Shown piece by piece: positions 56,137 through 64,000 of a stretch of DNA of 64,000 nucleotides (the stretch's first letter is position 1; every line of letters begins with the position of its first letter). Location of the stretch: positions 609,013 through 673,012 of the forward strand of contig JAYRXE010000037.1 in the NCBI GenBank assembly GCA_041917695.1. Direction: 5' to 3'. This DNA is from Minisyncoccota bacterium (GTDB lineage Bacteria > Patescibacteriota > Minisyncoccia > UBA6257 > GWB1-50-10). The position numbers and the translations under genes are program-made. The notes below the pieces were generated by a model. That model had not been told where the DNA came from, did no database searches, and saw only the letters and a program-made list of their open reading frames with translations.

Positions 56137-56518
56137 GCTTGGTCTGCCTTTATTTTGCATTTTCGTATTTTTCGCAGTCGCGAGCTTTTTTACGGCGCCG
56201 CGCGCGTCGGCAATCGATATTTTTCGTCCTTATGGAGGCCGTGTAATTCCGCGCATCGGGACAATTTGCACCGGAGGGGAGCCGGCATTCGACGTCAAAA
56301 CGACGTACGGCACCGTGGAAGGCCCTTTTGCCACCACGCCGCTCACGCGCCGGTACCAATACTTCAGTATTTGGGGTTCGCCGCTTAGAAACATCCTTCT
56401 TCTTGCCTTTCCCTACCAAGCGCCCACCTGTGTAAAACCCTGCGACGAAGATCCCACGACGCCATGCCCCTTTACGGCATATTCGGTTTATTCGTTCGGC
56501 ATTTCACTCATTCCCTAA
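56117..56518 (+). CDS. Small secreted Cys-rich protein, hypothetical
   Basis: Signal peptide (LGLPLFCIFVFFAVASFFTAPRASA). About 9 Cys. It overlaps the rsmA end. Confidence 0.4.
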   Translation: MERRKNKLGLPLFCIFVFFAVASFFTAPRASAIDIFRPYGGRVIPRIGTICTGGEPAFDVKTTYGTVEGPFATTPLTRRYQYFSIWGSPLRNILLLAFPYQAPTCVKPCDEDPTTPCPFTAYSVYSFGISLIP

Positions 56519-56522
56519 CGCT

Positions 56523-57290
56523 ATGAAATCGCGCATGAACCCGAAAAGGAAATTTTATACCGCGCTCTGGATACTTGGCGGCGCGCTTTTCGTCTCAACG
56601 TGGATCATACTCGGCACCACCCACCCGGCAATCGATCCCATTTCGATGTTGCGCGGAGAAAAAACTTCGGACAACCGCTTCCTTTTCGGCGGGGAGAATG
56701 GAAGCGACCCACTGAACACTTCGGACTTCACCTCGAACGTCATCGAAAAATACGGTTTCCATATCGCCATCCAAAATCCGGACGGGCCGGTCGATAAATA
56801 CCTCGCCCTCCCTTCGGCGGAGAAACTTGAACTCGCGCTTCAGGAAGAACTCAAAAAAAGCATCCCGTACGACGCGGCGTCGGAAAGTGATTTGCGCGTG
56901 ACGAACGATACGTCGGACGCCACCGTGCGGCGATATCTGGAGAATTTGAAAAACACCGCCGCAAAACAGCGCATTGATTTCAATACGGATCTCGGCGTCG
57001 CCTTGAACGACCTCACTTCAAAAAACGATTCGGGAAAGCTCGAGAAGCTCGCAACGAAGTTTGATTCGCTTGCCGGGGATCTGCTTTCCGTCACCGTTCC
57101 CGGCTCCTGGAAAGTCTTCCATCTCGAACTCGTGAATATCCACCGCCATAAAGCGGCGGCACTCCATGCGCTTGCCGACATAGATAACGATCCGGTGAAA
57201 GCTGCCGTGGCCGCCGCGGAACTTCGGAGCATCGGAGCGGCAGAGCTGTCGCTTTCCGCTATCCTCTCGGAAAAAAGCAAAGACCTGTAA
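56523..57290 (+). CDS. Membrane-anchored extracytoplasmic protein, hypothetical
   Basis: N-terminal TM anchor (FYTALWILGGALFVSTWIIL), then a 220-aa soluble domain. Confidence 0.45.
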   Translation: MKSRMNPKRKFYTALWILGGALFVSTWIILGTTHPAIDPISMLRGEKTSDNRFLFGGENGSDPLNTSDFTSNVIEKYGFHIAIQNPDGPVDKYLALPSAEKLELALQEELKKSIPYDAASESDLRVTNDTSDATVRRYLENLKNTAAKQRIDFNTDLGVALNDLTSKNDSGKLEKLATKFDSLAGDLLSVTVPGSWKVFHLELVNIHRHKAAALHALADIDNDPVKAAVAAAELRSIGAAELSLSAILSEKSKDL

Positions 57291-57292
57291 GC

Positions 57293-59011
57293 ATGCACCG
57301 TTCAATGTATTCAAAAATCATCACCGCGGCACTTATTCCCGTACTCATCACCGGCGGCTTTTTCTTCCCGCACAAAGCGCGAGCGCAATCGGTGGATAAA
57401 TGCCTTTCAGGAGCCCTTTCCGGCATCATGGGTGATATTTTGGGCGGGTTTCTCCCGTCGATTCCTGGCCTGGATCAGAAGGTCCCCACGTCCGACCAAG
57501 GCGCCCAAAAAGGAACGCGCGCGTTTCAGTTCGACGAATGCATCAAAAGCATCACTGATGCCGCGCTCAAGGTTGCGCTCCAGAACCTGAAGAAAAAACT
57601 TCTCGACAACATGGTTGACGATACCATTGCCTGGATTCGCGACGACCGCGAGCCGAAATACATAACGAACTTCAAAGACTTCACGGAAAGCGCCGTCGAG
57701 GAAGCGGCGAATAACACCCTCCGCGAAATCGACCTCGCGAACCTCTATCCGGACCCTGCGCTTCAGGAAGGCATCAAAGCGGCGATCATGGAACGCGTCC
57801 GCTCGGTCAGATTTTCCGACACCATTGCGTGCACCCTTACCGATGAAGTGAATGTCGATGAATTCAAAGGTGATTTTAGAAAAGGCGGCTTTGCCGGACT
57901 CCAAGTCGCTTCCATGCCGAATAATAACCCCGAAGACGTTGCAATGATGGCGCGTCTTTTCGCCCAGGCGAATGAAGAACAGCAACTTGCTGCAAAGAAC
58001 GCTCTTTCCTCGGGCCTCACACAATCCGATGTTGATTGCACCCAATGGGTGCTCGCGAAATCGAGCGGCGGCATCGGCGGAGCGGCGGGCGCATATTACA
58101 AAGACGCCAACGGTAACATGAAGATTGAAATCACGGAACCTCAACAGGAAGCGCCCGTTTCGAATATTCCCAACACGAAATACATTTGCCAGGATGACGC
58201 GACCGGAAGCGGCCAATATGTATCCACTCCGCCTACCGTTGTTGACGCTATCGCCGCCAAAGTGGCGACGCAGGATATTGATTACGTATTAGGCATGGAT
58301 GATATCCAGGGCTATATTTCCGGAATCGCCGACGCGGTCTTCAATCGAATTCTTAAGGGCGGATTCAATCTCTTTGAACGGGGAGGGGACCCAAGCTCAT
58401 ATCTTGAAGGCCTCGAGGGGGATATTGAAAACTATCAAAGCATCGAAACGGGAGAGAAGCTTCAAGGCCAGGCGAATGAACAGGTAAAACGCGCGCTTAT
58501 CTCCAAGACCAATCTTCTCATCGATACGGCTTCAACAAGCCTTTCGGCAACGAATGCGGCGCTTACGAAAGCAACTGCGCTCTTACCAATGATGAATGCG
58601 ACCTCAAGCCCCGAGGGGCTTGCCGTGTGCATGGATTACCATCCCGCCTTCTTCCCGGCATTTATAAATCCCGACCCGACTCCTTCGTGGTGGCCCACGG
58701 GAAACCGGACCGTCATCATGCAAAAACTCCGCGCCGTTTCGGGAACTCTCACGGGCCTCACTAATCCTTTCAAGACGTTTTGGGAGAATGGGAAAACAAG
58801 CGCCGCTGATTACCAGACCCAAGCCCAGGCGATCACCGGTTCGACTCCGCCGAATGTGATTTCGACGCTCCAGGCGAATGTGAACGCATTGGAAGCCTCG
58901 CTGAACGCAAAAACAGGGGAATCGAGCGCCCATAATTCCCTCGTGAACGATTTCTATGCGCAGGGAGCGCGGGAGCGCAACCGGTGCGTCGGTCCGGCAA
59001 ATTCGAGCTAA
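57293..59011 (+). CDS. Large secreted protein, hypothetical
   Basis: Signal peptide (...HKARA|QSV). 572 aa, no recognised motifs. Its stop overlaps the next start (TAATG). Confidence 0.45.
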   Translation: MHRSMYSKIITAALIPVLITGGFFFPHKARAQSVDKCLSGALSGIMGDILGGFLPSIPGLDQKVPTSDQGAQKGTRAFQFDECIKSITDAALKVALQNLKKKLLDNMVDDTIAWIRDDREPKYITNFKDFTESAVEEAANNTLREIDLANLYPDPALQEGIKAAIMERVRSVRFSDTIACTLTDEVNVDEFKGDFRKGGFAGLQVASMPNNNPEDVAMMARLFAQANEEQQLAAKNALSSGLTQSDVDCTQWVLAKSSGGIGGAAGAYYKDANGNMKIEITEPQQEAPVSNIPNTKYICQDDATGSGQYVSTPPTVVDAIAAKVATQDIDYVLGMDDIQGYISGIADAVFNRILKGGFNLFERGGDPSSYLEGLEGDIENYQSIETGEKLQGQANEQVKRALISKTNLLIDTASTSLSATNAALTKATALLPMMNATSSPEGLAVCMDYHPAFFPAFINPDPTPSWWPTGNRTVIMQKLRAVSGTLTGLTNPFKTFWENGKTSAADYQTQAQAITGSTPPNVISTLQANVNALEASLNAKTGESSAHNSLVNDFYAQGARERNRCVGPANSS

Positions 59012-61572
59012 TGTTCTCAAAAATCTTCACCCAAGGAACCAGGAAAACCGCCCGCATCGTCGCGGGTATTTCCCTTTTCTTTGCGCTCGCGATAAGTGCC
59101 ACCCCCGCCGTCGCCCACGCACAGGCGCTGAAATCGATTGTGAGCGCGGTCGGAGGACCCGTGGTAAGCGGGGTTCTTAACGCACCCGAAATCGTGAAGA
59201 CCGCGACGAGCAAGGTGACTGAAGCCACGCTTGAAGCAACCTTCGCGCCGGTCACCCTTCTCACGGGCCTGGTGCGCATCATGGGTGGTTTCGTGCTCGC
59301 GCTCGTTTCCTACATTCTCGGTTTCATCATCGACCTCAATTTCAACATCCTGAATCCCGACCTCGCAACGTATAAATTCATCGCGACGGGATGGAGCATC
59401 ACCCGCGACATCGCGAATCTCGGGTTTGTGCTTTTCATCATCCTTATCGCCCTCGCGACCATCGTCCGTTTCCAGGATTACGAAGCAAAACGGCTCTTGC
59501 CGAAACTCATCGCCGCGGCCATTCTCGTGAACTTCAGCCTCGCCATCCCGACGGTGCTCTTGAATTTTACGAACGTCATGACGAACTACTTCCTCGACCG
59601 CATCGGCGATCCCTCCGCTCAAGGACTTGAAGGGGTAAGCGGAAGCGTGCGTTTCGCGGTGGAACTCGCCACGCTTTTCAAGCCCCAAAGCTTCATCCTG
59701 ACCGATCCTTCCGCCCAGGACATCTCGTATCTCGCGGGAGGCCCCATCACCGGCGGCGCCGCAGAAGGCTATTTGAACTTCTCGTCTTCGATGACGGCGC
59801 GTCTCGTGAACATGATATTCCTGGCCATCTGCATATTCGTCATCGGCACCCTGGCTATCCTTTTCGTCATACGATTCGTATGGCTCAGCTTCCTTCTCGC
59901 CATCGCACCTATCACCTGGCTCACCTGGGTGATTCCCGGCCTCGAAGGCAATTTCAGCAGTTGGTGGAAGAAATTCATGCAACACGCGTTCTTCATGCCC
60001 CTTTCCATCTTCTGCATCTACCTCGTGATTCTCACGGGAGACGGATTCTACGCCATCGCGCAAAACCGGGATACCTCGCTCTTCAGCGCTTCCGGCGTCT
60101 CCGACCTCTTCAAACAGACGATGATGTACGGTTCCGTGCAAATACTCTTGGCGGCGTTCATGATCGGTTCGCTTATCGTGGGTCAAAAACTCTCCATCGA
60201 AGGCGCGGGGAAATCGCTTTCCATCGGCAAATCGTGGGCGAACGCGACGCGCGGATGGGCGAAGAAACGGACCCTCGAAGGCGGAAAACGCGCAGCTTCC
60301 TCCAGCATGGGTCGGGGTCTCGCCCAAAGGATGGCCCTTTCAAACAACGCCGTAATAAGCTCTCTCGGCAAACGCCTTCACGGAACAACGCTCGGGTGGG
60401 CTGCCGAACGCGAAAAACAAGCCGACAAGAATGTTCAAAAATACACCGGCGGGGATTTGGAGCTTGCGGCGGCATTCCATAAAAACGCGCTTTTCGCCGA
60501 AGAAAAGGCAGGATATGAACGGATGGTCAGCAAGGCCGGCGGGGATGTAAATAAAGACGTAAAAGACAAGGAAGAAAAGCTAGAAACCGCTGAGGAAAAG
60601 GAATTGCAGGAAGCGGCCCGCTCGCTTAAAGCGCAAAAATATGCATCGGAAATTGCGAACAAGATTCATGTTCTTGAAAATGATTTAACTAATAAGCCGG
60701 CTGAAATCACCGCAAACAACGCGGAAATCCAGCGTCTTGAGAATGAAATCCAAACCCTCGAATCAAAAATCAGATTTGAAACCGATCCCGCAAAGAAAAG
60801 CGCGCTCGAACGGCAAAAGACCGGTTTGGAAGGGCAGAAGTCAGCCTTACAAACAAAGGATGCTTCGCTCAACAAAGAGCTTAAGGAGCTGGGTGACAAA
60901 CTTGATGGCGCGCGGAAAGAATATGTCCGCGCAAACGCCCAGTTTGAAAAGGCGCTTGATTCGGCTGAAGACGCCGCTGAAAAGAAGGGTGACGCCGCGA
61001 AGAATCTTGCAAAAGCGCAAACTACGCAGGACGATTTCAACCTGCGCGTCATGCAGCGCCTTGATGCTAACACCCGCAACCAGCTGAAATCCTCGAATTT
61101 CGATCTCTCAAAGACAAATCTTGCCGGCTCCCGAAAAGCGAAAGACAAACAGATTCCCGAACTCCAAATGGACAAGCTCCAAAAGGAGATGAAGCGTCTC
61201 GCGGACGAAGTTAAGAAAGCTGATGATGCTTACACCAACGCCTCAAAACCGGGTTCCTTCGCAAAACCGGAAGAGATAGCGGCGGCGCTTGAATGGAAGA
61301 ATAAGAAGTCGGAAGAACATACCCAGCTTCAAATGCAGGTAACGAGATTCAAGACTGCGCAGACCGAACTTGAAAATTCCCGGCGCGACCTCTCAACCTT
61401 CACTACGAGGGGAGGGAGTAGGACGGACCCCCGGTACGCCGCACTTCTTGAGAAAATGGAAAAAGCCGAAAAGAATTACTGGCGCGTAGCGAAATTCAAC
61501 CCCTCCCGTCCCGCAGGATTCAACCAGAAGGGAAAGGGCGGGAAGAAAGAAGATAAAGACGACGACGAATAA
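59011..61572 (+). CDS. VirB6/TrbL-like polytopic membrane protein with a roughly 400-aa C-terminal coiled-coil extension (putative type IV secretion inner-membrane component)
   Basis: Signal peptide, then about 6 TM helices, then a very long heptad-rich charged tail (KELQEAARSLKAQKYASEIANKIHVLENDLTNK...). Translationally coupled to the upstream gene. Confidence 0.45.
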   Translation: MFSKIFTQGTRKTARIVAGISLFFALAISATPAVAHAQALKSIVSAVGGPVVSGVLNAPEIVKTATSKVTEATLEATFAPVTLLTGLVRIMGGFVLALVSYILGFIIDLNFNILNPDLATYKFIATGWSITRDIANLGFVLFIILIALATIVRFQDYEAKRLLPKLIAAAILVNFSLAIPTVLLNFTNVMTNYFLDRIGDPSAQGLEGVSGSVRFAVELATLFKPQSFILTDPSAQDISYLAGGPITGGAAEGYLNFSSSMTARLVNMIFLAICIFVIGTLAILFVIRFVWLSFLLAIAPITWLTWVIPGLEGNFSSWWKKFMQHAFFMPLSIFCIYLVILTGDGFYAIAQNRDTSLFSASGVSDLFKQTMMYGSVQILLAAFMIGSLIVGQKLSIEGAGKSLSIGKSWANATRGWAKKRTLEGGKRAASSSMGRGLAQRMALSNNAVISSLGKRLHGTTLGWAAEREKQADKNVQKYTGGDLELAAAFHKNALFAEEKAGYERMVSKAGGDVNKDVKDKEEKLETAEEKELQEAARSLKAQKYASEIANKIHVLENDLTNKPAEITANNAEIQRLENEIQTLESKIRFETDPAKKSALERQKTGLEGQKSALQTKDASLNKELKELGDKLDGARKEYVRANAQFEKALDSAEDAAEKKGDAAKNLAKAQTTQDDFNLRVMQRLDANTRNQLKSSNFDLSKTNLAGSRKAKDKQIPELQMDKLQKEMKRLADEVKKADDAYTNASKPGSFAKPEEIAAALEWKNKKSEEHTQLQMQVTRFKTAQTELENSRRDLSTFTTRGGSRTDPRYAALLEKMEKAEKNYWRVAKFNPSRPAGFNQKGKGGKKEDKDDDE

Positions 61573-61577
61573 CCACC

Positions 61578-62921
61578 ATGCCCGTTTCTCAAAAAAACCA
61601 AGCACCCCTCGCAGAAGAGTATCAGGAAATCCTGGTTCGGCTTCCGATATGGGATGACGGCGTGTGGGAGCCTCTGCAAAAGAAGGATTTTAAGGCCGCC
61701 ATGGACCGCTTCTTCACGCTGATGGGGTATTACACGCGAAAGACCGTCCAGGATATTTATTGGAAAAATATCATCCAGGGCGATGAAGCGGTGCGGGGCA
61801 GCGTCACTTCCGACGAATGGCGGATGCAAATCGTCCCGCGATTGGCGCAGATATTCCTTGAAATAGGGGAGGAGACGCTTTTTGAAAAAATCTATTCATC
61901 TCTTGATTGGGAATGGCTCGCGGCGTTTCATTTTTCGGTCGTCGGCGAGATTCCCGGAATCAGCGTTGATGAGAAGGCCTCGTATTTAACCAAGGAAAAG
62001 CCGTGGCTTCTCGATTTTTTCATTGGAAGCCCTATGAATGCGCTTGCAGAAGGTCTTTTGTTCGATGTCTCGGAAGGCTTGCCTCGTCCCACCCAATCGC
62101 TTGCTTCCTACCCCGCAGAACTTTCACCGGCGCTCAAAAAAGCCTTCTTCTCCGTGCCTTCCGCAAAAAAAATAACCACTCTTTCTTCAGAATTGAAGTG
62201 GGAGCGCCAACAAACGGTTGATTTTTCATACGTCGTAGGGCTCTTCCTTTTAGGCGTCGAGGAAAAAGAGCGCTGGGAAGAATTATTTGAAAAAATCTTC
62301 TCCGGTTATTCCCCCGAACAAAAAGAAAACGTTTCAAAGCTTGCCTACCGCTTGCTGGTAAAGCCGCTTGAGGGCGATACGCGCGACCTCAGAAAAGGGA
62401 CCGAATCAGTCATCCAGGAAAAGGAAGTCTCCGTTCCGGTCGCGGTCGTCGAGGAAAAATCCGAGAAGGCGGTCAAGATAAACAAGGTTGAATTCCCGAA
62501 GGCGGCGGAAAACCAGGCGGTGGATCCCAGCGCGCCTTTCATGCTCCGCACCGAAGAGGACAGCGCCCTGAAAAAGACTCCGGCAGGAAACCCGGAAAAA
62601 GGCTTTTCTTTCCCGTTCGGATTCTTCAAGCGGAGCGCTCAACCCACACAGGCCCCCCGCGTTTCGGTAAAAATCGAATCCGCCGCGGAGCCTGCGGGAC
62701 CGACGGGTACGCCCAAAGTGCAAAAACCGGCGCAGAGTGTTTTCGAAACCGTCCAAAAAGACATCGCCCCCGCTCCGGCCGAAGGAGATTCCGTTTTCGG
62801 GTCTCTCGGAAAGGACTTGAAGGAGGCGGGAGCAAAGAAAACCGTCCATTACAGCCAATTCCACACCCCCTTGCCGGAGCCGGCTCCGCATATAGAGGGA
62901 AACACGGTATCCTTCAAATAA
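61578..62921 (+). CDS. Hypothetical soluble protein with an acidic/Pro-rich C-terminal half
   Basis: 447 aa, no TM helices, no motifs recognised. It sits between the VirB6-like and VirB3-like genes. Confidence 0.4.
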   Translation: MPVSQKNQAPLAEEYQEILVRLPIWDDGVWEPLQKKDFKAAMDRFFTLMGYYTRKTVQDIYWKNIIQGDEAVRGSVTSDEWRMQIVPRLAQIFLEIGEETLFEKIYSSLDWEWLAAFHFSVVGEIPGISVDEKASYLTKEKPWLLDFFIGSPMNALAEGLLFDVSEGLPRPTQSLASYPAELSPALKKAFFSVPSAKKITTLSSELKWERQQTVDFSYVVGLFLLGVEEKERWEELFEKIFSGYSPEQKENVSKLAYRLLVKPLEGDTRDLRKGTESVIQEKEVSVPVAVVEEKSEKAVKINKVEFPKAAENQAVDPSAPFMLRTEEDSALKKTPAGNPEKGFSFPFGFFKRSAQPTQAPRVSVKIESAAEPAGPTGTPKVQKPAQSVFETVQKDIAPAPAEGDSVFGSLGKDLKEAGAKKTVHYSQFHTPLPEPAPHIEGNTVSFK

Positions 62922-62922
62922 C

Positions 62923-63432
62923 ATGTCCACGTTCCAGGTTCCCCAGTTCGTTGACCAAAAGCCGAAGATTATCGGCTCTTTGAATATGGTGCAGTTCGGT
63001 TATATCGCAGTGGCCGGACTCATCATTTTCGGGCTCTACTACGTATTCAATCTTTTCGTGTGGATAATCGTCGCCCTTCCCATTGCCGGCGTCGCCGGCT
63101 TTCTCGCCTTCGCAAAGATCAACGGCCAGGAATCGCATAAAATCCTCGGTTCGATGCTGAGCTTCGTCGGGGGCTCAAAGACCTACGTGTGGCAGCGGCC
63201 GTCGCCGAAGGTCGTCGACCCCGTCGCCCAAACGTCCATTGAGAAAGCGCGGCATTCGATGAGCATCCAGGAAAAGATAAAATCCATCGCCCTCCACGTG
63301 ACAACCGGCAACGCCTTTGCAAAAGGCAAGGCGGCCCCGGAAGAACCGGGTATCGTGCGCGAAAAACCGGGATTCGAAGTTGCTACCTTTGAAACCGGCG
63401 AGGAAAAACTGGTAAAGCGCGTGGATTACTAG
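62923..63432 (+). CDS. PrgI/VirB3-like small membrane protein (two adjacent TM helices)
   Basis: QFVDQKPKIIG followed by two TM helices (YIAVAGLIIFGLYYVF, VWIIVALPIAGVAGFLAFA), as in PrgI-family proteins that precede VirB4 genes. Confidence 0.4.
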   Translation: MSTFQVPQFVDQKPKIIGSLNMVQFGYIAVAGLIIFGLYYVFNLFVWIIVALPIAGVAGFLAFAKINGQESHKILGSMLSFVGGSKTYVWQRPSPKVVDPVAQTSIEKARHSMSIQEKIKSIALHVTTGNAFAKGKAAPEEPGIVREKPGFEVATFETGEEKLVKRVDY

Positions 63433-63477
63433 ACTCCGATTGGTAAAGAAAGGGCCAGTCGGCTAAAATAGGGGAGT

Positions 63478-64000
63478 ATGGCAGAGGTGCAGAAAGCATC
63501 CCAGGACTTCGTTCAAATCGATAAGATAGATCGCGGAGTCGCGTATCTGAAAAAAGGCGGGCTTTTCCGCATTGTTATGGTTTCCGGCATCAATTTCGAT
63601 TTGAAATCGGAGGATGAACAAAATCTCATCCTTGATTCCTTCCAAAATTTTATCAATACCCTTGATTTCAGCGTCCAATTTTTCATCCACTCGCGGAAAG
63701 TGAATGTGGCCCGCTACTTGGACCAGATGAAAGCGCGGCAGGAAGAAGAGACCAACCAGCTTTTAAAGATTCAAATTGAGGAATATATCGCATTCATCCG
63801 GCAATTTGTCGAGGAAAATCAAATCATTGCGAAGACCTTCTTCGTGGTCGTTCCCCATCACAAGCTCGTCAAGCTTCCGACGGCCACCGGCCTTTTGGGA
63901 GGCATATTCGGAAAACCCCAGACGCCTGCGGAACCGCAGATGAGCGACGAAGAAACGCTCCAACAGCTTTCCCAGCGCGTGGAACAAGTAATCGGCGGAC
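63478..64000 (+). CDS. VirB4/TraE/PrgJ-like type IV secretion ATPase, N-terminal part (continues beyond the window end)
   Basis: N-terminal motif IDKIDRGVAYLKKGGLFRIVMVSGINFDLKSEDEQNLIL is characteristic of VirB4-family N-termini in Gram-positive-type systems. The Walker A would lie beyond the window. Confidence 0.5.
   Translation, partial: MAEVQKASQDFVQIDKIDRGVAYLKKGGLFRIVMVSGINFDLKSEDEQNLILDSFQNFINTLDFSVQFFIHSRKVNVARYLDQMKARQEEETNQLLKIQIEEYIAFIRQFVEENQIIAKTFFVVVPHHKLVKLPTATGLLGGIFGKPQTPAEPQMSDEETLQQLSQRVEQVIGG

Noticed and set aside
1-64000. A search for CRISPR arrays, rRNA genes, IS elements or transposases
   Set aside because: No direct-repeat/spacer periodicity, no rRNA-like conserved blocks and no DDE or HUH transposase motifs were seen anywhere in the window.

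Overview
This window reads as a gene-dense, roughly 60% GC bacterial chromosome segment. It is mostly housekeeping genes, with accessory regions at 23.1-24.7 kb, 45.2-46.8 kb and 56.1-64.0 kb. Calls rest on motif-level reading of the six-frame translations, since no searches were possible. Most of the long ORFs in the supplied track are GC-driven antisense artefacts of the real genes.

Housekeeping genes recognised by motif:
- Six aminoacyl-tRNA synthetases or synthetase-related genes: leuS (N-terminus, runs off the window), metG, glyQS, valS, plus tsaD and rsmA.
- Replication, repair and division: recO, recA, gyrA (no adjacent gyrB), ftsK, ftsH, xerC/D-type recombinase.
- Transcription and translation: nusA, rpsA, rpsO, pnp, a DksA/TraR-family zinc finger.
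- One-carbon metabolism: glyA, folD, with a class-I glutamine amidotransferase between them.
- Other: tatD, a K+-independent H+-pyrophosphatase (hppA), Hsp20, M16 and M3 peptidases, PrsW protease, ComM/YifB ATPase, a GT2 processive glycosyltransferase.
- Three tRNAs: Val(UAC), Leu(UAG), and an unusual Ile with anticodon UAU.

The short ValRS and MetRS, many tail-to-head coupled genes, many surface or secreted proteins of unknown function, and patchy Shine-Dalgarno usage are compatible with a reduced-genome organism such as a Patescibacteria/CPR-like bacterium. That is inference only.

Most interesting observations:
1. The 3' end of the window (56.1-64.0 kb) holds a type IV secretion-like module: three secreted or anchored proteins, a VirB6/TrbL-like polytopic membrane protein with a long coiled-coil tail, a PrgI/VirB3-like two-TM protein, and the N-terminus of a VirB4-like ATPase. 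ComM and a DksA-family gene sit just upstream.
2. At 45.2-46.8 kb, four tandem paralogous small secreted proteins have the VirB2/TrbC pilin architecture.
3. At 23.15-24.67 kb, a low-GC (~40%) cassette has a textbook sigma70 promoter and AGGAGG ribosome-binding site. It encodes a membrane protein with foreign codon usage and a YraN-like nuclease gene. Two near-identical palindromes (AAAATGTTTA-N4-TAAACA) and a 12-bp perfect inverted-repeat hairpin lie upstream of the nuclease gene.
4. A recurrent extended -10 element (TGnTAGAAT or TGnTATAAT) sits only 6-10 nt upstream of several start codons (rpsO, rsmA, the gene at 51959, tsaD). This implies leaderless or near-leaderless mRNAs.
5. A 16-bp palindrome resembling an SOS box lies upstream of the rodZ-like/recA operon.

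No CRISPR array, rRNA gene or transposase is visible.
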